Of a stretch of 64,000 nucleotides of DNA, positions 26,346 through 37,425 are shown one piece after another. Numbering within the stretch: position 1 is the first letter of the stretch; each line of letters begins with the position of its first letter. This DNA comes from Hemiscyllium ocellatum. Taxonomy: Eukaryota. The notes beneath the pieces were generated by a model. It was not told where the DNA came from and did not search any database. It saw nothing but the letters and a program-made list of their open reading frames with translations. Location of the stretch: assembly GCF_020745735.1 (NCBI RefSeq), contig NW_026869259.1:124001-188000 (forward strand), written 5' to 3'. A program made the translations under genes and the position numbers.

Positions 26346-26732
26346 AAAAAATGCGTTGAGCTTTTACTTTGAACTGTCAGGTCTCTTTTCCCATGCCTCT
26401 CTCCTCCCACCTCCTTCCAAGCCTTTCACCATATGTTTCCTGTGACAGCCTTGCTGTGCAGAATGAAAGCTCTCTGTGTTCTCTGAGCCCTTGCTCTATC
26501 TTGTGTCTGTCTACTCTCCAATGTTCATTTACTCAGGAAGGTAAGTGTTACAGAATTAAGTGGGAATATGTTCCAGGTCAGCCATGGCCTGACTGACTGA
26601 CTGGGGAACCAGGCCAAAACAACTGATAATTCATTCCCACTGGAATCCACCGGAATGGCTGCAGTTTCGTTCAGATGCTCAATGCCCGGGACTTGACGTG
26701 TGGTTCTCAGCAGCGGTACCAGCACTCTATAG

Positions 26733-26746
26733 CCACTAGAGGGCAG
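26733..26746 (+). promoter_or_regulatory. CTCF core motif (CCACTAGAGGGCAG), points toward C2
   Basis: Identical to the 13806-13819 motif, at the paralogous position. Confidence 0.6.
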
Positions 26747-27073
26747 CTGTTTCACTGTCCCTGAACAGAACAAATGAACTGGGGTCCTGCTCGGGTCTAA
26801 CCGGTTCAATCTGGAGAAATGAGGAGAGAGAGAGAGGGGGTGGGGGGGAAAGCTTCTGAACCAGGATATTTATCCCACCCCAATGAAATGTCCTCTGTGA
26901 TTTGTTTGTCTTCAAAGTGTGTTTTTTTATTCATTCTCTGATACACGGAGACAATGTCAGTACTGAGTGGGACAAAGTATATTTCCTCCTCCAACCCCTT
27001 TCCAACACACCCTCTCCATCTTGTTTTACTCCTTATTGCCTCTTCTACATTGTCCCTGTTCCCTCACTCCGCT

Positions 27074-27209
27074 CCGGTCCCTGAGGGATTGGTGGCCGGA
27101 GTTCATGACCCCGCACTGTGTGAAGGTTGGTGTGAAGTCAGGCCAGTGTGTTGGAGCTTGGGCTCCTGCCTCAGGCCCAGGTGTAGGGGCCTGTTCAACA
27201 ATCTGCACA
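27074..27209. other. 136-bp conserved non-coding block, copy 2 (5.4 kb 3' of C2)
   Basis: About 98% identical to copies 1 and 3. Confidence 0.85.
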
Positions 27210-28639
27210 ATGTTTTCGTTTTTCTTTCTGATCACAGACATTTTAATATTGCTTAACAAACTAATGATGGAAATATGTCAGTGCCGGGATTATTTAACAT
27301 CTTGGTCCTAGTTGTTAATGGACCCTCACACGTGATAACACAGTTTTCAATGTTTCTCTCCCCTTACGTGTTACGAAGAGCTTTGCAAACATGTTTTGAT
27401 GAGGACAGTGTGTCTTCAACACCATGTGACGGAGTGGGTGGGTTTATGAATTCTCATCCCACTACGTCCACTTTCAAGGAAAACTACCTCCACTGACCCA
27501 TTTCTTTGGCCGCCATTTGCAGCAAAAGCAAATCTCTCCCTTTGCCAGCACAAAGAGAAGGTGCCTGTCAGATTCCCTCATGTGTGATGGTTTAGCCCAA
27601 TAGGAGCATCACTGGTAGATCATGCTGTATCAGCCTGGACAGAAACCTGGGCAACCTCCAAATGAAAGGATGACCTTCAGTAGATCTACTGCCACATGAA
27701 ATATGGAATTGGAATCCTTGTTCCCGAATCACCTCATCAAAGCCAAATACAACTGAGAAAATATAAACCAAACCAACTTCCCAAGGTCATTCATCAGAAC
27801 ATAACAAGAAATTGGTTAACAGACAGTTACTGTCTCCTTTCTCTGGAGAGTGTCACTGTAACTGTCCCCCCTCTCTCAGGGGAGTGTAGTTGTTCCTCTC
27901 CCCTCCCTCTTTGGGGCCATGCCATTTTGAGCATCCTTTCTGTCTGAGGATGTGACTGTTCCTGTCCCCCAACTCTCTCAGCGTCAGGGAGGGGCTTGAC
28001 AGCAACCTGGTTTGTTAATTCCATTTACTTTCTTGTGAAATGGGTAATCCCTGCTTCACTATACTGACCCGTGTGTCAATACCCGGTACAGCTCACCCTC
28101 CATCTCAATCAGATCACAGGGTCTAAGGTTGGTCAGTACTGTCTGGCCCCAGAACAATAACACTGACTGACTGGAGACAACCCAGATCAAGTCCCAATAA
28201 GAGTGTTATTTACCTTCACACTCAAAGCCCACCGAGAAGGTGGTCATCAGTCTCTAATGTTGTCGCAGTGTAATGTTTCCCAGAGAAGGAGGAGTCAGTC
28301 TAAGGGAGGGATGTTGTGAGGAGACAGATGGGAAGGCATGGAGAGGAAACAAAAAGGAGAGAGAATTGTATTTCTGTTACACCATTCATGAGCTCATGAT
28401 GTTCAATGCTGTTTACAGTCAATGGAATACTTCTGATGTGGAGACAATGTTGTAATGTGGGGAATGCATCAGCCCATTTACTCTCAGCAGGCTCCCACAA
28501 TAACAGCGAGCTATTGACCAGGACATTGGGGCTAGGATACGGAGCAGAGAATGGAAGAGGCTGGAAAATAAAACCCAAGCAGTCAGTAAGGCCTGAGTAT
28601 TGGCTGGGTAGGAGGGAGATGGCAAAGCAAAGGGGCTTC

Positions 28640-28990
28640 TTAAAATTCATTCATGAGATGTGGGCATCACTGGTTTTGCTGGCATTTTATACCCATCTCT
28701 AGCTGCACTGTGAAGGTGGTGGTGCACTGCCTTCTTGAACTGCTGCAGTCCATGTACTGTAGAAAGACCCACAATGCTCTTTGGGAGGGATTTCCAGATT
28801 TTTTTTCCCAGTGACAGTGAAGGAATAATGATATATTTCCAAGTCAGGGCGGTGAGTGACCGGAAGGGGATGTTTCAGGGTGTGATGTCCTTATTTGTCT
28901 GTTGCCCCTATTCTTTGAGATGGAACTATTGGTGGGTTTGGAAGGTGCTATCTCAAGGAAGATTGGTGAGCTGGTGGTGATGGTACAGCT
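28640..28990 (-). mobile_element. Non-CR1 LINE 3' fragment (L2/Crack-like, clade uncertain)
   Basis: Homologous to 40800-41000 and shares a tail with the 2985-3335 SINE. Confidence 0.45.
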
Positions 28991-29387
28991 GGCTGAAAAT
29001 GATCACCTCTCCACAGCCAGTGGTCACTCCCTTTCCTTTTATATCAGTGAAACCTGTCAATAAATGACTTCTAGTCAGTAATAGCAACAATAACAATTTG
29101 TATTGATATAACATCTTTAATGTAGGAACCATCCAAAAGTTGGGCACATATAGTGTTTTTGCTGATGACCAAAAGAAGACAAAGAACTCGTTTGAAGAAG
29201 TGAGAGGGGTTTGTGGAGGAAATCCCCGTGCTGAGGGCCTGGGAGACTGAAGGCACAGCTGCCAGTCATGAGGTGGAAGGCCAGACTGGAGGGTTTGGGA
29301 GATGGGGGAGGGATTGAGGATAACCGAGTGGTCCATTATATCACCTCCCCACCTGCTGCAGCAGGAGACTGGGGAGAGGAATTGGGA

Positions 29388-29560
29388 GGAGAAAGTGAGG
29401 TCTGCAGATGCTGGAGATCAGAGCTGAAAATGTGTTGCTGAAAAAGCGCAGCAGGTCAGGCAGCATCCAAGGAACAGGAGACTCGACATTTCGGGCATAA
29501 GCCCTTCCTCAGGAAGAAGGGCTTATGCCCGAAATGTCGAATCTCCTGTTACTTGGATAC
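29388..29560 (-). mobile_element. Penelope terminal repeat with inverted partial duplicate
   Basis: Homologous to 23460-23552; 43-bp inverted arms at 29465-29507 and 29516-29558. Confidence 0.8.
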
Positions 29561-30339
29561 AGAGAGGAATCAGGAGGCTGGGCAAGGCACCACCCAGAGG
29601 CTGGAGGCTGCTACTGCAGGCAGTCTCCAAACCAGTTCTCTCTGAGGAAATGGCACTGGAGCACACAAGACCATGGGAAATAAGAGCAGGAGGAGGACTC
29701 CAATGCCAGACCATGCTTTCGTAAGTACAGGGACCAAAACTGCACACAGTACTCCACGTGCAGACTCACGAACACCTTGTACAGTTATAACAAGGTTTCT
29801 CTACTTTAACATTCCAAGCCAAGCAATAAAGGCCTCAATTCCATTCACCTTCTCAATGACTTGCTGCACCTGCACTAACTTTTTGTGTTTCTTGCAGAAA
29901 AACACCCAGATCCCTCTGCACTGCACTTTGCTAGAATCTCACACCATTTAAATAATAATCTGTATTTTGATTATGCCTACTGAAGTGCATGACCTTCCAC
30001 TTTCTGTCTTTAAACTCCACCTACTGTGTATTAGTGTCTCATTTCTAGTTTGGTCTTCTCTATGTGATTGTCCGTCTCTGTGTATCTGCCCGTACCATGT
30101 CCCATTCCCATTTGCTTACGGCCCAGAGACTTGGGTGTCCAGCCCTTTCCTGCTGGTTCCATTCAATATTGAACAGCTTCCTCGAGACAACGTAGCCCAG
30201 CATGTCATCCCCTCCTTCAACTGGGATTTTCCTTGCTGTCCATTCCTTGGCACATTCAAGGCTCGGAGAGTTACTTCATGACTCGGTCCCAGACTCTGTG
30301 ACAGGGGGAGGGGGTGGGAACAGAGGGAGATCCAGGCTG

Positions 30340-30685
30340 CATGACTGGGGAGTAAGGGGGAGACCCAGGGTCCAGGCTCCGTGACTGCGGAGTGAGGTGG
30401 AGACTCAGGCCCAGGGTCTGTGACTGGGGAGTGAGGAGGAGACCCAAGGCCTAGGCTCCGTGACTGGGGAGTGAGGGGAGACCCAGGGCCCAGGCTCTGT
30501 GACTGGGGAGTGAGGTGGAGACCCAGGGCCCAGGCTCCGTGACTGGGGAGTGAGGTGGAGACCCAGGGCCCAGGCTCCGTGACTGGGGAGTGAGGTGGAG
30601 ACCCAGGGCCCAGGCTCCGTGACTGGGGAGTGAGGGGGAGACCCAGGGCCCAGGCTCCGTGACTGGGGAGTGAGGTGGAGACTGC
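30340..30685. repeat. 40-bp G-rich minisatellite (~8 units, gagacccagggcccaggctccgtgactggggagtgaggtg)
   Basis: Near-perfect tandem units. Confidence 0.92.
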
Positions 30686-31844
30686 TAGATGATGGTGGGC
30701 TGTGAGAAACAAATGACAGTCGGCAACTGGAGGCCTTCACTGCTTTTCAAAATTAGTCCTAAGGCAAGTTTTCCACTCATCTCAGAGGGCTGGTGTTTTG
30801 ACAGGGTTAATGGCTTCTCCAAAAGTCTGTCGTGTGAGAAAGCAGGATTCCCCTTCCTGTGTACGTCACAATGTTAAAGCACAACACCATTCCCAAATCT
30901 CTGGCACAGTCCTTGAAACTACATCATTTTGGTTGGAAGCAGAGAGCACAGGCTGGTCATGCTGTGTACCCCATCAGAAAGGCCTGTGTGTGATCAGTTA
31001 TACTGTATGGTATGCTCACAGACTGGGTGGCTAGGAGCTGGGCAATTGAATACAGCTCCATATCCTGAGCAAGATGTGCTCCCCCTCCCCTCCACCATCT
31101 CCAGCTGGCTGAGATTGGGAAAGAGGATCCGAGTGTCCGATTGTACTGTCCGCAAGCTTGTATGTCAGCCAAGTGGATCGAACAGAATATGAATTCCCTG
31201 ATTGGGGTGGATAATCTGATCCATTCAGGGAGATATGGCTGACAGAAATAAACAGAGCCACACATCAAATGACACCAGGTTATAGTCCAACAGATTTTTT
31301 TTGAAATTCTTCACATGACTAAGGAGCAGCAACCTGATTTCAAATAAACTTGGTGAACTATAACCTGGTGTTGTGTGAATTCTGACTTGTCCACCGCAGT
31401 CCGACACCACATCAGAAAGAAACAGGAGTGTCAGACATCCTGTTTGCTCTGAGAGCTGCCTCTGAAGGAGCTGGGTCAGTGTCAAGGACCCTCCACATGA
31501 CGGGCTACTGGCCTCTATGCAGTTGTTACAGTAACAGTGGGACCCACACTGACAGACACACACCTACAGACAGCATTGAATGACAGTCACACCCACACTG
31601 ACCAACATACCAACAGACAGTTTTGGGTAAATGTCACACCCATAAGGGGCATGTATGTCATGAGATCCTGACTGATGCTCTCTCTGAACTAAGACCTCAC
31701 TCTGTTCAGTTTTGAGCTGTCGCTGTGAGGAACAGGGTCAGGTGGGAGAAGTGAACGTCACGACTGCAGCGTCCAGCATCTGTGACTGGCCTAAGTTCAT
31801 TTCAGGTGTTACCCAGCAGCAGAGAGGGCACAGTGCGATCACAC

Positions 31845-32080
31845 CAGCTGAGTCTGGACCAACAGTTTGAAGAGGGAATGTCTCAGACTGTAATGATTCA
31901 GCCCCAGCAGCTTTCAGTTTCTGTTTTGTTTGGAATCTAGTAAACTCAACAGATTCCCAAACAAAGGGATCACTTGGAAATGATTGATGATTGGCTGTCA
32001 GTCCAAATTTCAGCCAATGTGTCATTCATTGACAGGTCAAGCAGCCAATCATGACAATCATTTGCTGACACTCTGCCAAT
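31845..32080. promoter_or_regulatory. Candidate regulatory module 3' of C2
   Basis: CCAAT at 32014, 32045 and 32076 (31-bp phasing); TGATTGGCTG 31988-31997; TCATTGACAG 32026-32035; TTTCAGTTTC 31912-31921; CAGCTG 31845-31850. Confidence 0.5.
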
Positions 32081-32141
32081 CACCTGAGGGGGCGGTGGGA
32101 CATTTCCAAAGCACTCACAAGACAGAGACTGAATCTTCATG

Positions 32142-32147
32142 TTTATT
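32142..32147 (-). terminator. Poly(A) signal of C2
   Basis: TTTATT on + (AATAAA on -), paralogous to 5297-5302. Confidence 0.7.
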
Positions 32148-32585
32148 CCCTTTCCCAAGTTGTCATCAACAGAAAAAACTGTAATAAACAGCCCAGACAG
32201 AGGAAGTTGTACACGTTCATAGTCACAATGGAGGCTGAGGAAAACACTTGCGGAGATTTTCTCAATAACATGAGAATCCTGTCCCTTTAAACAGTGACAA
32301 AACCTTAAATTGGAACTGGCGGCTGAGCAGGAAGGAGATCTGGTTTACTGAAACAGAGACTTCTGAGGTTCACATTGTTTTGTACAACTGACAGTCTTCA
32401 GCAACTTCAAATGATTTTACATGGCATCACATGTCATCCCTGTTCTCATCAAACACTCACTGGTCAAGGACAGCGACGTTTTGATTCAGATTAAAGCTCC
32501 TTCTCCACTGTCCCAATGAACTGGCGTGAGCCCTGAACCTCAGAAGTGTCTCTGAGCCAGTCCTGAGAAGAAAGAGAGTTGAAAT

Positions 32586-32979
32586 TCAGTGCTGACAATG
32601 ACCTTTGTCCTGCCAGCTCAGCCCTGTTCTATTTAAAGTTGTGTCTCCTCTGTGGACTGTCCCCAACACTCTGATGCTCTTGCTGAGGGGAGAGGGGAGG
32701 GTCACGTGGGTGAGGGCACAGGAGAAGTGAGCGTTGGCCTCCCAGTCAGACCCAGAGAGGGTCAGCAGGCTGCTGACACTGTAGGTGCTGTCCGCAGCTC
32801 GCAGGTAGTTGCTGGTCTGAACCCCATCTGAAATGACTGCACCGTCCTTCTTCCACTGCACCTCCAGCTCATCGGGATAGAAGTGATTGGCAAGGCACAC
32901 CAGGGTGGCAGTGCCCTTGGCATTGACCTGCTCTGGGGAGGGGGGCAGCAGGGTCAGCCTGGGCTGTGAGTTCTCATGG
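32586..32979 (-). pseudogene. IGKC: Kappa C exon C2 (orphan, frameshifted, C-terminally altered)
   Basis: About 96% identical to C1. The acceptor AG (32980-32981) is followed by one base fewer than in C1 (tttcag|ccatgag vs tttcag|gccatgac). A 19-bp deletion at 32670/32671 removes RSECV* and reads through 27 new codons to TGA at 32586. No J or V found between here and C3's unit. Confidence 0.9.
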
Positions 32980-33229
32980 CTGAAAGACAAGAGAAACAAT
33001 TTTAGTCCCTGCCATTTGGCAGGATTTTCAACTCTCCAAACATTAACTAGTAGAACTAGTAGTTTGAACATTTGTATCCAATACAGAACAAACCGAACAA
33101 AAGAATGGCCGTTTGTTAAAATTCCTTTTTGCTGGTGCAGTTTGAAGTCCCCCACCCAGTGTACACTCTGTGTTCAACGTGGCCGAGAGACTGATTCATC
33201 AGCCGAGGGAGAACAGTACATGGTAATCA

Positions 33230-34500
33230 GCGGGAGAATTCATAGTATCATACAGAATAGAAGAGGCCCTTCGCCCCATCAGGTCTATGTCACCAACGCA
33301 ACACTAAATCAACACAACACCCACATTCCAGAAGTGGGCCCATAATCCTAAATGTTCAGTCATTTCAGGTGCTCATCCAAGTACTTTGTGGAGGTTGTGA
33401 GGTTTCCCACCTCAACTCTCCTCCCAGGCATTCCCGACCCCCACCCTCTGTGAAAAAGCGTTTCCTCAAATCCCCTCTAAAGCTGCTGCCTTTCACATTG
33501 AATGTGAGCCAACTTGTTCTTGACCCTCCCAGTCAGGGGTACAGCTATTTACTATCACCCTGTCTATTCCCCTCATAACCTTTTCCCCCTCCATCAGGAT
33601 CCCCCCCCCCCCCACTCCCCAAACCTTCTCTGCTCCAAAGAAAACAGCAGGAGCTTATTCATCCTCTTCACATCTGAAATGTTCCATCCCTGGGAACATT
33701 CTGGTGAATCTCCTCTGCATTCCCTCTAGTGTAATCACATCCCTCCTGCAGTGCGGAGACTACAACTGCACACAATGCTCCAGCTATGGCCTAACTACTG
33801 TTCTGCATTGCTCTAACATATCCTCCATGCTCTTTTAATCTGCACCTAAAATGATTAAGGCAAGTACCCCCCGATCGCCTTCATAACTGCCCTGTTAGCA
33901 TTTTACATCTTCAAAAGTGCATCACCTCACATTTATCTGGTTTAAATTCCATCTGCCTCAGATCTGCCCGTCTGACCAATCTGGTTATATCCTGCTGTAA
34001 CTGAAAACCTTCTTCTTCACTGTCAACCATCCGACCAATCTTCACATCAAGCACAAACCCAGTTATCATCCACCTCCACATTCCCTTCGGCATTGTTCCT
34101 GTATATCACGAGCAATGTGGGACCCAACACTGATCCCTGTGATATCCCACTGCACCCTGGACCCAGTCACACAAACAGCCTTCTAGCATCACCTTCTGTC
34201 ACCTGTCACAAAGCCAAGTTTGGATCCAACTTGCCAAGTTATCCTGGGTCCCATAGCCTTGTATATCTCCTTTATCAGTCTCCCAAGTACAACCTTGTCA
34301 AAGGCCTTACTGAAATTCATATAAACCTCCGGCACCTCCCTCATCCACACAACTGGTCACCTTCTCGACAAAATTCCAAAAGATTTGTTGGGCATGGCCT
34401 CCCTCTGACAAAGCCGAGCTGACTACCCCAATATGGAGATTCATTCGACCTTCAGAATTTTCTCCAATTGTATCCCTACCGCTGATGAGACACCCACTGG
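33230..34500 (-). mobile_element. CR1 LINE fragments in the C2 upstream intron
   Basis: Degenerate ORF2 remnants (RRADLRQMEFKPDKCEVMHF). Confidence 0.75.
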
Positions 34501-35652
34501 TTTCCTTGTCCATATCTGGCCTGATGCCATGTGACTTCATCAGGCCTGGAGTCAATGTTGAGGATTTCCAGGGGTCACTCCCTCCTGGCTCTATATCACT
34601 GTGTCATCACCTCTGCTGAGTCTTTCCTGCTGGTGGGACAGGACCTACACAAGGGATGGTGAAGGTGGTGCCTGGGACACTGTTCGGTATAATTATGTGA
34701 ATATGACTGTCAGGCTGTTGCTTGTCAGTCTAGTCTGTGAAACAGCTCTCCTGAATTTGACACTAGCCCGCAGATATTAGTAAGGAGGATGCAACAGGGT
34801 CGACAGGGCTGTGTTTGATGTTGTTTCCGGTGCCAAGTTCGAGGCCAGGTGGCCCATTAAGTTTCATTCGGTTTCTGAGACTTCCCAGCGATTGTTAGAA
34901 TGGAGGGCCTTGCTCGGCCATTGCAGAAGGTGGTTAACAGTTAACCTCATTGCTGTGGGTCTGGAGTCACGTGTAGGCCAGACAAGGTAAGGACGGCAGA
35001 TTTCCTTCCTGAAAGGACATCGGTCCTTCGCCTCAATATCGCTTTAACATAACCCTGATCACTCACAGATCAGAACTACTTTATCCGAGAACATTGGAGC
35101 AGACTTGAATCAACGCACTTCAGGAAGGAGTCACGTTGGAAGAGCAACAAACAAGGATGGAGATGGAGACGTGGAGCTTCAAATACTGATCTTTGTACTT
35201 TGGTGGCACGCTTTGATGGCTGTTTGTTAGATCTTTGCGTATATTTTTTTTGCTGATCCCACTGCTAATCCGAAGGACACTCCACCCTTCAGTCTGACAA
35301 ACCAGATTCACCACCTTGCAGTCTGACAAACCAGGTTCACCCATTTCCAGGCTCTGTTTCTGGGCAAGGCTCCAGTCTTTCAAAGAGATGAATTCAAGCC
35401 TCACCAGTTTGATCATTTGAATTGTATGCCATTTATTTTGATTCCTCCTGGGATGGGGTGGGCGTTGAGTGTCGGTTATTTGTTGCTCTTCCTGAATTGT
35501 CCTGGAGATGGCGATGGTGAACCAAGTAATATCTGGGAAGCAAATGACAGGTCATTCCCACTGGAATCCACTGGAATGACTGCAGGTTTGTTTGTGGCTA
35601 ATGGAAGGAGGTATTACCCATAATCCTCAGCAGCAGTGCAAGTACTCTATAG

Positions 35653-35666
35653 TTACTGGAAGGCAG
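35653..35666 (+). promoter_or_regulatory. Degenerate CTCF motif of the C3 unit (TTACTGGAAGGCAG)
   Basis: Same flanks as 26733 (actctatag...gcagctgtttcactgt) but with 4 core substitutions. Confidence 0.55.
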
Positions 35667-36122
35667 CTGTTTCACTGTGCCCGCACAATACAAAGTCAGA
35701 AGTCACACAACACCAGGCTCCAGCTTAACAGGTTAATTTGAAATCACAAGTTTTTGAAGCGCTGCTCCTTCGTCAGGTGTACCCCAGTCCACCATCGGTA
35801 CCCCCACATTACTGAACAGTACAAATAACTAGGGCTCTGCGAGGATCCAACCGGCTCAATCTTAGAGAGTACAGCTCTCGAATCAGGATGCCACAATGAA
35901 AATGTCCTGCATGCTGTGATATATCAAAAAGAAATACATTGATGTGACTTTAGATTGTCTTCAGATTGTGCTTTTTTTCATTCTATGATACATGTAGACA
36001 ATGTCAGTATTGTCGGTATCACAAAGAATGTTCCCTCCATTAAACACTTTCCAACACACTCTCTCCATCTTGCTTTACTCCTTATTGACTCTTTGACATT
36101 GTCCCTGTTCCCTCACTCCGTC

Positions 36123-36258
36123 CCGGTCCCCGAGGGATTGATGGCCGGAGTTCATGACCCCGCACTGTGTGAAGGTTGGTGTGAAGTGAGGCCAGTGTGT
36201 TGGAGCTTGGGCTCCTGCCTCAGGCCCAGGTGTAGGGGCCTGTTCAACAATCTGCACA
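36123..36258. other. 136-bp conserved non-coding block, copy 3 (12 kb 3' of C3)
   Basis: About 98% identical to copies 1 and 2. Confidence 0.85.
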
Positions 36259-36364
36259 TTGTCTTTTTTCTCTTTCTGAATGAACTGGATAAAGTTGCGT
36301 TCACGAGCTGGCAACAAGGTGTCTTGTCTAAAATGTTCCCAGCATTGGGCACAGATCTAGGTTA

Positions 36365-37425
36365 GTCACAGGAGACAAAGGGTAACGCTGGAAGAACGGT
36401 TTTCAGAATGGAGGGCTGTGACTAGTGATGTTCCACAGGAATCAGTGGTGGGAACTCTCCTGTTCATGATGTCCATAAATGATTTGAAGCAAAGCGTAGC
36501 TGGTCCAATGAGTAAGTTTACGGTTGATACAAAGATTGGTAGAGTTGCAGATAATGAGAAGGATTGTTGGAGGATACAGCAGGATATTATATCAGTTGGA
36601 TGCATGGACAGAAAAATGGCAGATGTAGTTTAATGCAGCCAAATGAGAGGTGGTGCACTTTGAAAGGTGATGGACAGGTGGGAATTATACAGTGAATGGC
36701 AGAATCCTTTGGAGTATTGATATGCAGAGGGATCTGGGTGTGTATGTTGACAGATCACTGAAGGTGGCAGCACAGGGAGGTAAGGCAATAAAAAAGGCTT
36801 ATGGCCTGCTTGCCTTCATTGGAAGGGGCATTGATTATAAGGATAGACAAGTTATGCTGCAGCTTTATCGAACATTAGTTAGACCACACTTGGAATATTG
36901 CACTCAGTTCTGGTCACCACACTACCAGAAGGATGTGGATGTTTTGAAGATGGTGCAGAAAATGTTTACCAGGATATTGTCTGGTATGGCGGATAGTAGT
37001 CCTGAAGAAAGGTTGGTTAGACAAGGTTTGTTTTCACTGGAATGTGGAAAAATGAGGCATGTCCTGGTAGAAGTTTATAAAGTTGTGAATGGGATATGTA
37101 GAGTGGAGAATATGAGGCTTTTTTCCCCAGGGTGGAGGGGTCACTTATTGGGAACAGAGGTTCAAAGGGTGAGGGAATTAAAAAGAGATGTGCGTGGCAA
37201 GTATTTCACACAACGGGAGTTGAATACCTGGAACACACTGCCAGAGGAAGGGGTGGAAGCAGACATAATAGAAATATTCAAGAAATACCTGCACAAATGC
37301 ATGAATAGGAAGGGAATATAGGGATATGAATCCTGTAGGTGAAGACAGTTTCAGTGAGGAAGGGCACAATGTGCCAGCACAGGCTTGAAGGGCCGAAGGG
37401 CCTGTTCCTGTGCTGTATTGCTCCT
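36365..37425 (+). mobile_element. CR1 LINE 3' fragment
   Basis: 209-aa ORF remnant (QLYRTLVRPHLEYCTQFWSPHY...WNTLPEEGVEA). Confidence 0.9.

Noticed and set aside
30340-30685. Regular repeats as a CRISPR array or Ig switch region
   Set aside because: Head-to-tail units with no spacers in a vertebrate genome; light-chain loci do not class switch and the array is short.
32982-33155. N-terminal part of the 189-aa ORF upstream of C2
   Set aside because: Intron read-through made possible by the lost base at the acceptor; starts at TTG and is not a leader or V.
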